Positions 29,335-42,214 of a DNA stretch of 64,000 nucleotides are shown here, piece after piece. The notes under the pieces are model-generated. The model was not told the origin of the DNA, made no database searches, and saw nothing but the letters and a program-made list of their open reading frames with translations. Made by a program: the position numbers and the translations under genes. Position 1 is the first letter of the stretch. Each line of letters starts with the position of its first letter. Source of the DNA: Octopus vulgaris (lineage: Eukaryota); the NCBI GenBank assembly GCA_951406725.2, contig OX597834.1, forward strand, positions 21,080,001 to 21,144,000. The letters are read 5' to 3'.

Positions 29335-29505
29335 CCCTACACACATTTTTTTCTCTCCTTGTTTTTTCTGTGTCCCTTTCTGTCGAAGAGCGTAGGCTCA
29401 AAACATAAAAGACTTTTTCTATTCCTGAGCATTATACTAATAAATCTGTTTGTTTTGTACACTACCTGTCTTCATCTTTTGTTTTTTTCGTAAACACTCC
29501 CTATA
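29335..29505 (+). mobile_element. Second copy of the 20940 repeat, with a decayed hammerhead-like motif (29376-29412)
   Basis: cttt-CTGTCGA-a-GAGC-gtag-GCTC-aaaacata-aaag; flanks match 20940-21135 in reverse complement. Confidence 0.6.
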
Positions 29506-29808
29506 TATATATATCTTCATATCATCATTGTTTAACATCCACTTTTGACTGAGGACTGGCGGGCCAGAAGCCTGCATCAGTCTCCAATCTGATCTGGCAA
29601 AGTTCTTAACCACTATGCCATATGCCTGTGGGTGTAGTGGTTAAAAACGTGGGATACTAACCACAAGTTTCCGAGTTCAATTTGCCCAGCATGCTAATGT
29701 TTTTGCCACCCCTCCACCAATAATAACAACAACAACAACAACAACATCATCATCATCATCATGGAAAAATACCTTAGGAATGAGAACCCAGGTTTGAAAT
29801 TTCCCCAA

Positions 29809-29855
29809 GACACCTGATGAAGGCTTAGAGGGTATATCAGCCAAAACTTTGTGTT
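29809..29855 (+). ncRNA. Decayed type-I hammerhead motif
   Basis: gacac-CTGATGA-a-GGCT...AGCC-aAAAC-ttt-gtgtt; stems I and II pair, but the GAAA box reads AAAA. Confidence 0.55.
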
Positions 29856-30316
29856 AACAACAAACAAGATGAGGACAAATATCCGTCAAATGTAAATAAT
29901 GTACATGATTCCTCATCTCTTAAATATAGAACTGATATTTTCTGTCTTAATCTCTCTGTTGACATCCTTAGCAGGTGGAGGGATTATGGAGAGACTTGTT
30001 TAAGATCTGATGTTTTCCATCTCCTTTTCTCTGTTATATTTATATTATGAAATATGTGATGAAATATTATGAAATATGTGATGAAGGAAAAGATCTTTAC
30101 AGCTTTTATAGAACTTCGGCAAACCAATAAATGTCACCATAAAAGAAATGATGAAGAATATTGCTAGGAGCTATAAAAGACGTTATTTAAATGTGTGCGT
30201 GTGTGTTTGTATGTGGTGCATGTGTACATGCATACACTCAGATACAGAAACACACATGCGCACAATGACACACAATGAAGCAAGAACATAGAAATAAATA
30301 TATATTATGCAAAGAC

Positions 30317-30348
<32 letters not shown>

Positions 30349-30400
30349 GAAAAAACAAGTCAAGATAGAAAATGCTAAAATAATTTTATAAAGAACATTT

Positions 30401-30438
30401 CAGTACCGGTTTCAGTCATTTTGAGACCTTTTCAACTG
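30401..30438 (-). ncRNA. Type-I hammerhead motif with U3-A8 variant core
   Basis: Minus strand cag-TTGAAAA-GGTC-tcaaaat-GACT-GAA-ACCGGT-A-ctg. Confidence 0.65.
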
Positions 30439-30576
30439 GAACGATTAAATAATTAAATTTAGAAAAATTAAAAGAAAAGTTTTTTTAAAGGAATATTTGT
30501 ATAGTGTTCAAATATAAGTGGCATTCTGCCTTTCTCTGTCTCCCTTATATATATATGTCTTTGCATAATATATATA

Positions 30577-30636
<60 letters not shown>

Positions 30637-30679
30637 ATGCACACACGCACACACACCTTTATGTTACCCTCATGATATT

Positions 30680-31080
30680 CTTTTCTACTCAAGGCACAAG
30701 GCCCAAAATTGTTGGGTGGCTGGCCAGTTGATTAGATCCACCACAGTACGCAACTGGTACTTAATTTATTGACCCCAAAAGGATGAAAGGCAAAGTTTGA
30801 CCTTGGCGGAATTTGAAATCAGAACATAAAGACAGACAAAATACATTTCGCCCAAGCATGCTAACATTTTTTTTTTACTCTAGGCACAAGGCCTGAAATT
30901 TTTAGGGAGCAGGCCAGTCAATTAGATCGACCACAGTACGCAACTGGTACTTAATTTATTGACCCTGAAAGGATGAAAGGCAAAGTTGACCTCGGCAGAA
31001 TTTGAACTCAAAACGTAAAGACAGACGAAATACCGCTAAGCATTTCACCCGGTGCGCTAACGTTTCTGCCAGCTCCCCAC
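30680..31080 (-). mobile_element. Two tandem SINE family B copies
   Basis: Duplicated ggcacaaggcc...gtacgcaactggtacttaatttattgaccc...ggatgaaaggcaaagt. Confidence 0.8.
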
Positions 31081-31504
31081 CAGCACCCTCTTGATAATGA
31101 CAAAAGCACATACACACACATATACACTCTTCTAACCACATGCTTCTGAATTCAGTCCCTAGTCAAGTGTCTTCTATAACCTCGGGCCAACCGAAGTATT
31201 GAGTGGATTCAGTAGACCGAAACTGAAAGAAGCTCATCATATATGTGTGTGTGTGTGTATCTTGAAATCTGTGTTTGCCCCTCACCAGCACTTGACAGCT
31301 GGTGTTGGTGTGTTTACATCCCTGTAACTTAATCATAGAATATGTACCAGGCTATAAAACAATAAGTCCCAGGGTCAGTCCTTTCGACTAAAAATTCCTC
31401 AACATGGTGCCCCAGCTTGGCCACAGTCTAATGACTAAAACAAGTAAAAGATAAAGGCTAAAAAGATATGCGTGTGCATGTGCATGTGTATGTGTGTGCG
31501 CGCA

Positions 31505-31562
<58 letters not shown>

Positions 31563-31732
31563 TACATATATATATATAAGGTCCACACGGACCTTGAACC
31601 CACAAGAGTAAACAAGAGAGACAGAGAAAGGTAGAAACAAGGAAAATGCCACTTGCATTTGAACACTATACAAATATTCTTTTAAAAAAAACTTTTCTTT
31701 TAATTTTTCTAAACTTAATTTTTTAATTGTTA

Positions 31733-31769
31733 CAGTTGAAAAGGTATCAAATGACCGAAACCGGTACTG
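31733..31769 (+). ncRNA. Type-I hammerhead motif with U3-A8 variant core
   Basis: cag-TTGAAAA-GGT-atcaaatg-ACC-GAA-ACCGGT-A-ctg; palindromic stem III, GUA triplet. Confidence 0.65.
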
Positions 31770-31866
31770 AAATGTTCTTTATAAAATTATTTTAGCATTT
31801 TCTATCTTGACTTGTTTTTTCATATATATAGTTCATTGCTAAACCTCGCTAAGATAAATATTTCAA

Positions 31867-31936
31867 TTACCTGAAGATTGACTGTAACCATAACTCGAAT
31901 TATTACAAATTGGACAGCCATGAAACGATCGTAGTG
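31867..31936 (+). ncRNA. Type-I hammerhead motif with long stem II
   Basis: tac-CTGAAGA-t-tgactgt...acagcca-t-GAA-ACGATCGT-A-gtg; 8-nt palindromic stem III, GUA triplet. Confidence 0.65.
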
Positions 31937-32158
31937 TTTTACTCTTTATCTTTTATTAAACTTTTAATACTTTGATATATATTTAAAATAATATAAATTA
32001 ATTAATTTTATGTATTGGCTTATGTTTTTCATTGTTTGATTTGCCTAATAGTGGTTTTATCTCTAATTTAATATAATATAATATTTTACAATAAAATTGG
32101 ATTTAATCCTAAATCTGATTTTTCCCTGTAAGTTTGGATTTATTCCCTAATATTTTAT

Positions 32159-32191
<33 letters not shown>

Positions 32192-32769
32192 TGTGAACAA
32201 CACACACACATACATATGCTCTAACACTCAAATATTCATACTTAATCGGTCAGTTACACACATCAACATACACATACATACACATGCATCATACACTTGC
32301 ACCACCACCACCACCAAGGAACAAGAGACTGACAGACGACAGAGAGGGACACAAAGAAAAAATAAGCTAGTTTAAGATATTCATATATATATATATATAT
32401 ATATATACATATTTGAAAATGACATTGACCGTTTTATCTTCTGCATTGACATCCAGTTATAATTCCTTTCTTCCTGGCAGACCTTTCCTTCTTCTTTCTA
32501 TCAAGATTCAAATCTCTGAGACTTAAAGTTTCGACTAAAGGCATTCTTTGTCTCTCATTCCTTTCCTTTTTTTTTTCTGTCATTTTCATCTTTTTTTTTT
32601 TATTCATACGATTTTTTTTTTATGCCAACTTAATTTATTTTTCTCTAACTTCCTTTTTCTTACAAAGTTTTTCCTTTTCTCACGTCTATTTTTTATATTT
32701 ACTTTCTTCTTCTTTTTTTCTTCTTAAATCATGATCATTCGTGTCTTCTGTTACTTCCCCATCCCTTCA

Positions 32770-32858
32770 TCATCTGCATCTTCTTCTTCTTCTTCTTCTT
32801 CTTCTTCTTCTTCTTCTTCTTCTTCTTCTTCTTCTTCTTCTTCTTCTTCTTCTTCTTC
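32770..32858. repeat. (TTC)n microsatellite
   Basis: Direct reading; source of the poly-Glu ORF on the minus strand. Confidence 0.95.
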
Positions 32859-32938
32859 TCCTCCTCCTCCTCTCTGAAAAGAAATGATAGCAGAACAGCC
32901 TGTCTTTGAGTCATTATTGCAGGTCACACATGCACATG

Positions 32939-32979
<41 letters not shown>

Positions 32980-33811
32980 ACACACACACACGATAGAGAA
33001 GCTCCGAGGGATGTAAAGAATGTTGGATCTAAGCTGAGTGATGCTAGTAGCAATTCCTGTAGCCGCATGAAGCATAAACAACCGTACCATGTTTGATCTT
33101 CTTTGATCTACCTTTCCATTTAATTACTTATTTATTCCATCTTCATCACCATCATCATTATCATTAATGTCCCCTTTTCGAAGCTTACATGGATCAGATG
33201 GAATTTATTGAGACAAATTTTCTACAGTTGGATGCTCTCCCTGTCACCAATCCTCACCTGCTTCCAAGGGAGGTAATATTTCCCCATGACTAGACATGTT
33301 TTAATGGAAGATTGGAAACCAAGAACATTGGTTCAATGTGTGTATACTGATGATGATGATGATGGTTTAGCACCATAAGATCAAGACGAGTAGGGGCATA
33401 CACATACACATACACATATACACATATATATTCATATATAATGAGCTTCTTTCAATTTCTGTCTACCAAATCTACTCACAAGGCTTTGGTTGACCCAGGG
33501 CTATAGTGGAAGACACTGGCTCAAAGTGCCATGCAGTGGGACTGAACCTGGAACCATGTGGTTGGGAAGAAAAATTCTTAACCGCACAACTGTGCCCGCA
33601 CCTATTTATTTATTTAAGCCTGGTACTAATTATATCGCTCTCTTTTTGCCAAACCACTAAGTTACAGGGATATAAACACACCAATATTAGTTGTCATGCG
33701 GTGGTGGATGGACAAACACAGACACACACACACACACACACAATAGGCAAGGGATATAGCGAAAGACGTTTGGCCAAGGTAGTGTGCAGTGGGACTGAAC
33801 CTGAAACCATG

Positions 33812-34224
33812 TTATGAAGAAAGGCTGAAGATGCTTGACCTTTATTCTCTAGGAAAACGACGACGCCATGCTGATCTCATTCTTGCTCACAACATCATAA
33901 GCAGAAAGTGTAACCTCTCGAAAGAGCTGTTCTTCACTCTTGCTCCAAAGCGTTGGCTGCAGTGTCACTCCGAAAAGATCTATCTGTGACGATTTCATCT
34001 CAATCGAAGGAGAGGGGCTTTCTCCGTCCGGGTTGCAGATCCGTGGAATAAGCTGCCGGACAAGATAGTTAAGATGCCGACGACTGTTTGGTTCAAAGAC
34101 TCTCTTGACCAGGAATGGCCTGAACTCTTTGCATGAACACCCTCCCTGTACATAACTCCATGTTCCCCTACATGGCCTTGCTTTTGCTTTATGAGCCAAA
34201 AAATTAACTTAACTTAACTTAACT
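33812..34224 (+). mobile_element. 5'-truncated CR1-clade LINE (ORF2 C-terminus, 3' UTR, (TTAAC)n tail) inserted into a family A SINE
   Basis: YEERLKMLDLYSLGKRRRHADLILAHNII...*RFHLNRRRGAFSVRVADPWNKLPDKIV...FKDSLDQEW, with typical CR1 YEERL/DLI/FSxRVxxxWNxLP motifs and one in-frame stop; the SINE resumes after the tail (atgt duplicated). Confidence 0.88.
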
Positions 34225-34781
34225 ATGTGGTTTCAAAGCAAGCACCTTAACCACACAGCCAGAGCCATTCCTCCATAAAAAGAAAGGAAAACAGAAGACA
34301 CATTTGACATATTACTCTTAGATACACTGTGCCGGTGAAGAGAAAAAAATGTAAGAAAAACTTGGTAGATTCGTGACTAAAAAGTTTTTGATCATTGATC
34401 CTTTTGATTAGAACCAGCCTGGGGCTAAAATAACAGCAACAACAACAGCAGCCACAATGAAAGAAACCAGCAAATGTTCGACTGTCTGTAAAATCTAATG
34501 GAAAGAAAAAAGGGAGAAAAAGAGCCAAATATGGAACAAAAAATACGTAAATGGAGAAGCAAGCATTATATCCAGACACAAGGAGTTTCTGGTTGTTCCA
34601 AGGAAATCATGCCAGCTGTCGATGATTTGGATATCTTAAAAACATCTTGACATGCATCAGTCTCAGATGATACAAATAATATCACTGCAAATTTACATGC
34701 GTGGTATTAGGCAGCCATTAGGATTTTGTGTAACTGCAGAAGATAGAGTTGTGCTTTGTATATCTATCTATCTATATTTAT

Positions 34782-34952
<171 letters not shown>

Positions 34953-35006
34953 TAAATATATTTATTATAACCACATAAATGCACATATATTCATATACAA
35001 ACACAC

Positions 35007-35096
<90 letters not shown>

Positions 35097-35879
35097 CGAC
35101 ATACTCACACACACACATACATAGCAAAATACATTCACACACACATTGCCATCTATATCATGAGTTGCAGCATTTCTAGAGGGAAAAATGGTTTACCATT
35201 TTGACATGGCTGACATGCTGACTCTGACATCCGAGCATGAATTTATCATGGCACTAAGCAAGGCCAAAGACAATTCACAGACATTGCTGATATATATATA
35301 TATATATATATATACATATGTCTGTGCGTGTGTGTTATATGTTGTTAGGTGTTGTACAACCATGTTGTGATGCAATATGCAATGACAGGGTGAGTGTGAG
35401 CAGAGGAGGGGGACCTTGGGAGGCAGAGGTTGTTGTTGTTGTTGTGTGCATGTGCTTGTGTGTACATGCGTGTGTGTGTGTGTGTAAATGATGCATGTTT
35501 TGGTGAACAAATCAAAAAATACAAGAGAAAAATAATGGGTACTTTTGACTTCACATTGTTGGGATTGTGTGTGGGTGTGTATGTATGTATGTATATACAT
35601 GTATACATGTATATACATGTATACATACATACATACATATATACATACATGTATACATGTATATACATATATATATGTGTGTATATATATATATATATAC
35701 ACACATATATATATGTATATACATGTATGTATATATATATACACACACACACAACCGTCCAACCCATGCTAGCATGGAAAGCGGACGCTAAATAATGATG
35801 ATGATGATGATATATGTATATATATACGTGTCTGTGTATGTATATATATATACGTATGTATATATATATATGTATATAC

Positions 35880-35927
<48 letters not shown>

Positions 35928-36224
35928 ATGAGACTGTATGTATATATGCATATATACTCTCATTCACTCAGCCTTATGTATGTATGTCTGTACACTCTGG
36001 ATAAGTATATGTTTTTTTTTTTTTCATGTTTTTCACAATTTTTTTTAAGAGATTTAAAAAACGTTCTTTCTTTCATTTTTTTTCTCCTTCCTATTTCATG
36101 TTCTTGTAACAGACAAGCTACCAAATCCATCAATGTTCCAAAGATCTTCATCGTTTCTTCTTCTGAAACATGTTGGGAATACAAAATGTATTACTTCATA
36201 CATACACACACACACACAAGTATG

Positions 36225-36272
<48 letters not shown>

Positions 36273-36393
36273 ACATAAAACTTCATACTACATACACACA
36301 CATATATATAAGTATATATATCTACATATGCATGTATATATCTGTATGGATATGTATATATATATACATACACACACATATATGTGTGTGTGT

Positions 36394-36394
<1 letters not shown>

Positions 36395-36441
<47 letters not shown>

Positions 36442-36442
36442 A

Positions 36443-36527
<85 letters not shown>

Positions 36528-36558
36528 AGAAGTAGCAGCAGCAGCAGCAGTAGTAGCA
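36395..36558. repeat. Compound (TAG)n-(TTG)n-(CAG)n microsatellite
   Basis: Direct reading. Confidence 0.95.
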
Positions 36559-36848
36559 ATTCTTGTTTTAGCCTATTAGTTAATGTCGTTGATGTGTAAC
36601 TTCAGTTCAACTCTGATTGACAAAATTTATGCCAATAAGCCTTCCAGCCATGACCAACCCTGTTGGTTTAAAGATATCTAGGGCCTGTCATCATTGTCAT
36701 TGTTTTTGCTGCTTTTTTTACAACTGTTGTTGTTGTTGTGGCTGTCATTTTTGTTGTTATTCCTTCAATTCTCTTCTTGTTCTTGTTTATCACATTGTTG
36801 TCATTTGCAGAATGTGTTGTTACTGCTATTATTATTATTATTACTATT

Positions 36849-36895
<47 letters not shown>

Positions 36896-36896
<1 letters not shown>

Positions 36897-37217
36897 GAGT
36901 GAGAGAGCAGTGCATGCCATCAAAGTGACACTGGGGTAAAATATACGAAGCCCAATATACCCATCATGACTACCCGTCTGATAAGGGTACACCAGGCACA
37001 TGCATCACAACCATCTGTGCGCGACATGGTGATCTCATATCAAGGTAAACAGCGCATGACCTTGCAGGTGGGGCCCAGTTAGAATTTTCTTCAGGTCGAC
37101 TAGCCCATCCCGCTCAAAAGGTCCCTGAATAAGGGTTGTTTAAGGATGTTGAAAGAACCACCCATGTTTCCAGAGGTGAATTATTCAAACCCCAAAGAAT
37201 CCCTCTCAACACATGGC
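36896..37217 (-). mobile_element. Probable retroposon 3' end with (AAT)n tail, flanked by a 48-bp direct repeat
   Basis: Non-repetitive 320-bp insert; 36788-36835 is repeated at 37218-37265 with one mismatch. Confidence 0.6.
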
Positions 37218-37275
37218 TATCACATTGTTGTCATTTGCTGAATGTGTTGTTACTGCTATTATTATCATTATTATT

Positions 37276-37323
<48 letters not shown>

Positions 37324-38092
37324 TTACTATTATTATGTTATTATTATTATTATTGTTTTTCTCGTTATCATAATTGTTGTTGTTGAAGTAGATACTGTCC
37401 TGGTTATTCCTATAGTAACTCTTGTTGTTGTTGTGGTTATTGTTATTAATGTCACTTCACTAACGAGCTTCACAATAATCACCGTTTGTACATCATTAAC
37501 CCAGATCCAGATATTACAACTGACAAATGGCTAGATTTATTTTTCTGGTTCAAGCACCATACTTAAACGTCAATAGATTCACCGTTCTCAGAGACAGTTG
37601 GTAACAGTCTAACAATTTTGCATTCAAACCAGCCATAACCAGCCAAAATATTCAGCCCTGTTTTATCATCATACTGGCCAGATCTACCCTCTCACACCTA
37701 CCCTAAAATGTCATTATGAAAATAAACAATCACATCATCGACATCTCAGTTACAAGGTAATTCCTGATTAGAATAAAAATTGTTTGCCAACATAATATGG
37801 CAGTCCTGGTTTAGGACAAATATTGCTGTAATTTAGCCCCAGGAGACATCGTCTCCAGCTGGCTATACGACACGATCTGTGTCCTTATATTTTCGAACAA
37901 GGGAATTGATAAAGTTAGGGGGATGTGAACAAACCAACAACTGTTGTCAAGCAGCAGTGGAGCACAAACACAATAGAAAAACATATGTACAAATATAATG
38001 GGCTTTCTCATACTTCTCATACTTACCATCTTCCAAATTCACTCACAGAGCATTGGTTAGCTTCAGGGCTATAGTAGAAGATATTTGCCCTA

Positions 38093-38500
38093 TGCAGGAG
38101 TGGCTGTGTAGTAAGTAGCTTGCTAACCAGCCACATGGTTCCGGGTTCAGTCCCACTGCATGGCACCTTGGGCAAGTGTCTCCTGCTATAGCCCCGGGCC
38201 GACCAATGCCTTGTGAGTGGATTTGGTAGACGGAAACTGAAAGAAGCCTGTCGTATATATGTGTATATATATGTATGTGTGTGTATGTTTGTGTGTCTGT
38301 GTTTGTCCCCATAGCATTGCTGGTGTGTTTACATCCCCGTCACTTAGCGGTTTGGCAAAGAGAGCCCGATAGAATAAGTACTGGGCTTACAAAGAATAAG
38401 TTCCAGGGTTGATTTGCTCGACTAAAGGCGGTGCTCCAGCATGGCCGCAGTCAAATGACTGAAACAAGTAAAAGAGTAAAAAGAGAGAGAGTAAAAGAGT
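38093..38500 (+). mobile_element. Full family A SINE inserted antisense into an older family A copy
   Basis: The older minus-strand copy breaks at gatatttgccc and resumes at tgctgtgcagtgggactgaac; tatg is duplicated. Confidence 0.85.
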
Positions 38501-39469
38501 ATGTGCTGTGCAGTGGGACTGAACCTGAAGCTGCAAAGTTATAGAACAAGTTCCTTAACCACACAGCCATGCCTATGTGTGTACGTGTGTTTATGTCAGA
38601 GCTTTGCACAAATCAATGATGACAAATTGATTTGTTAGAATCTTAGAAAATAAACCATATTAAGTTTCCAAGAAGTCTCCATTAGCTGGAACACTGTACA
38701 GCTGTTGGTCTTTTATCCGCAGTTTTCTTTTGAATTGTCCAAGAGAAGCAGAAGAAGCCAAAAACCTGTTTCTTCCATGTCGGGTTTCTTCTGGTTGAAA
38801 AATACAAACAGCAAGTTTTCTGTCTCTACTTTAACAGAATTAACAAACAGAATCCCTGCTAATCAATGCAAAAAGATCTATAGTTTATAGAGAAACAGAT
38901 AAAGGAATTGGTCTCGGTTGAGATTCTGCAGAATATTGACAGAATTTTCGGGTTTTTTTGGGTTTTTTTTGGCATTGATTATTGATTGACATGTAAAACT
39001 CATCTTAGTTTCATCTCTTTTTGTTGTTGTTATTATTTTTGTTGATGTTTTTGTTGTTACTGTTGTTTAACCCCAGGTCAAAATTGACACTAATGTACCA
39101 ACCTATGATCAAAGGCGTTCCAGCTAAGATCTCCAAAACCTTACTTCTCTTTTTCTTGCAACTATGTAGGGCAGCAGCATCAAGTACATTCTACCATTAT
39201 CTAAGCCAGTTTGTAAGGTTGGCAGGTTGGCACATTGGACTAAAAAATACTTAGCAATATTTCTTCTGGCCCGTTACATTCTGAGTTCAAATCCCACTCG
39301 GGTCAACTTTGCCTTTTGTGTCCCTTCAGTGCTGTTAAAATACAGTACTAGTCAAATACTAGGGTCCATGTATTCGACTAGCCCCTAAACCATAAAGAAA
39401 AGAAAATAGAGCATGGCCTTGTGCCAAAATGTGAAATGATTAGCTAAGCCAGTTGGGGTTTATGATATC

Positions 39470-40075
39470 CAGTGCTCAGGTGCTCAACAACTCATCAGAA
39501 AAAGTAGCCAAAAGCACATGAACAGGACATAGAATAATGCACAGGAAGTGAACAGTGAATGAATCATCATCATCATCATCATCGTTTAATGTCTGCCTTC
39601 CATGATGGCATGGGCGGGATGGTTTCACAAGGGCCAGCCAGGCAGAAGTCTGCTCCAGACTTATGTGACTGTTTTGGGCTAGATTTTTACAGCTGAATGC
39701 CCTTCCTAACACCGACCACTCATCAGAGTGGACTTAGTACTTTTTATGCAGCACAAGCACAGGTGAGGTCAGTTTTTGGCAAGGTTTTTACAGCCGGATG
39801 CCCTTCCTAACATCAACCACTTTACAGTGTGGTCTGGGTGCTTTTAAGTGCCACCTACTCTGACAGGGCCACCAAGTACTTGCAAGGCAAAAAAAAAAAG
39901 TGAATGAATCATTAAAAAAAAGGAACTGGGAAACATCAGGTGTACTGTTGGCAAATTTTGGGAAGCATGGCAGCTTTGAAGGATTTAGTATCCCAACAAC
40001 TAACAACTGATGCTGGTAGTTTATTCTGAGCTTCAAAAAATGTTTCTGAAAGTCATGGGTGTTGTGTTGGTTTCT
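39470..40075 (-). mobile_element. CR1-type 3' end interrupted by a family C copy (about 39568-39898)
   Basis: Similar to 13255-13500; 14-bp duplication agtgaatgaatcat at 39554 and 39899. Confidence 0.7.
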
Positions 40076-40624
40076 GATTTTTTTTTTTTTTTTTTGATTA
40101 TTTGAAAAAATATTTAGCTGCTATTCCTAGAAGATCAAGCAACTACATAGATGCTTCCCTCATCAGTTGTATACTACAACTTTGATGAAAGAACATTATG
40201 CAAGATCAATTTTCAGGCTCAATAAGACAGAGCCCCAGGTGGGTCCTGCGGTCAATCGACTATTCCTAAAAAGCATATAAAATGAGAATGGATTTACAGA
40301 ACTAATCTATATATTTCCAGTCATCCTCTATTCTTTAGGGATCACTTGAATTATAGGCACAGGCATGGGTTTGTGGTTCAGGAGTTTACTTCCAGCTACA
40401 AGGTTTAGGGTTCTGTCCCACTGCATGGCACCTTCGGCAGGTGTCTTCCACTATAGCTCCAGGCAGACCAAAACCTTGTGAGTGGATTTGATTGACAGAA
40501 ACTGAAAGAAGCTCATCACTTTTATGTTGGGCTTATATGTTAGTGTTTCTTGATGGCAATAAATAGGGAAAGGAAAAAAAAAAGGGGACACGAAGAAGGG
40601 AAAAAAATAGGGCCTTTTTGCCAT

Positions 40625-40670
<46 letters not shown>

Positions 40671-41080
40671 TATATATACACAAAAGGTTTTGTGTATACA
40701 TATTTCTGACATTAGCACCAAAACATATTCAAAGGGGTGTAGGGTGAGCCCATAATTGTCTATGAAATTGACCAAAGTACATGAAGAGTAATGTATTTGT
40801 GTCCCCTTGACTTCACATTGCAATATCGTTATAAATGACTTGTTGTCATACAAACAGTATCGTCCATTTCCAATATTCTGTGAAATCATATCTTGTAATG
40901 GGGAAAATATTACCTTACTTGGAAACAGATGAAGGTTGGCAACATGAAGGGCATCAGGCCGTAGAAAATCTGTCCAGTGTATTGTGTTTGACTCATGCAA
41001 GCATGGAAGAGTAAACGTTAAAACAAAACAATAACGCACGCACTGATCTGTCTATTTATTTATCTATCTCTGTCTGTCTC

Positions 41081-41119
<39 letters not shown>

Positions 41120-41120
41120 A

Positions 41121-41290
41121 TATATAATTTAAAGAAAAACCTCTATTAAGCCATTCAATTGTGAAAGATGTTATTCACACCATATAGTAAAAATTAAATA
41201 TTCTGAGCTTGAAAAAATTTTTTTCTATATGGTGTGAATAACATCTTTCACAATTGAATAGCTTAATAGAGGTTTTCTCTAAATTATATA
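41121..41290. repeat. Long near-perfect palindrome (about 66-bp arms, 37-bp spacer)
   Basis: ...aaaacctctattaagccattcaattgtgaaagatgttattcacaccatatag / ctatatggtgtgaataacatctttcacaattgaatagcttaatagaggtttt... Confidence 0.92.
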
Positions 41291-41924
41291 CATATATATA
41301 TATATTGTGAAATTTGATTTAGAATTGCTAAATTGAAATTTTCCCTTAAGTTTGGAATTATATTCCCTACTATATTATATTATATTATATTATATATATA
41401 TATATATGTATGTATGTATGAATGTATCTTTGATACATATGTATATATTTAGTGAAGTGAATATAAATAGTTGGGAATTTATATATTTTAACCAGATGGA
41501 AATGACAACAATTCAAATGAAATATCACCCATTCAGCATCCCGAATAATATTGATCTTTGAAAACAAAGTGAGTGAGAGGATAAGATGGCAGTCAGAAAG
41601 AGATAGAGAGTAGGTAATAGGTGAGAGAGAGAAAGGGTCTGTGAGGCAGCCAGTTTTTTTTTTGTTAGGACTGCCATGAAATAATACCAAGGAAGGGCCT
41701 TATATGCCCTTGATAGTTATGATCTCTTGCCCAGCATCCACAGTCTCAGGACAGGCCCCTTTAGACCATACTTGCTGTTTTCCAGACTCCCAGTAAATTT
41801 GATGCACAGATCTAGATATATAATAAGCATGCACATCTCTTGCTCCCTCTCTCTCCCCCTCTGACATTGGGACCAACTTCATGTGAGCATGGAGGCACAC
41901 TAGCATTATGCTGCTCCTCCAAAT

Positions 41925-42114
41925 GGAAACCTTACCTGTCGCTGTGGTTTTTGTGGCACAAAGCAAAGCCGGCCTTGCCATCCACTCAAGAAAACACATA
42001 GTAAATAATTCACAAGCAATCAAGTAAACTGAGTCCTTGACTCGTTCCATTTGCAAAATGGTTTGCAAGGCGCCAACAGGCCTCAAGAGACACATTCCTG
42101 TACATAGAACATAA
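41925..42114 (+). pseudogene. Decayed coding fragment with two C2H2-type zinc fingers, probably the C-terminus of an RTE-like LINE ORF
   Basis: LTCRCGF-(frameshift)-VAQSKAGLAIHSRKH...K*TESLTRSICKMVCKAPTGLKRHIPVHRT*; one frameshift, one stop, no TGEKP linker. Confidence 0.55.
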
Positions 42115-42214
42115 TTAACTCTTTATTTTACCAAACCCTCATCTGTTGTTCATAAAGAGAGAATCCACCATGTGTGTGCCCTAGCAAGTCCACAGCTCAT
42201 GAACTGAAACTAGT

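Noticed and set aside
32751-33096. Poly-Glu ORF and opposite-strand 70-aa ORF
   Set aside because: Derived from (TTC)n and (CA)n; no domain or convincing splice signals.
39495-39512. CTGATGA on the minus strand
   Set aside because: Part of the CR1 3' UTR; no stem II-GAAA follows.
41700-42095. 131-aa minus-strand ORF
   Set aside because: Antisense shadow of the decayed zinc-finger frame; no recognisable domain.
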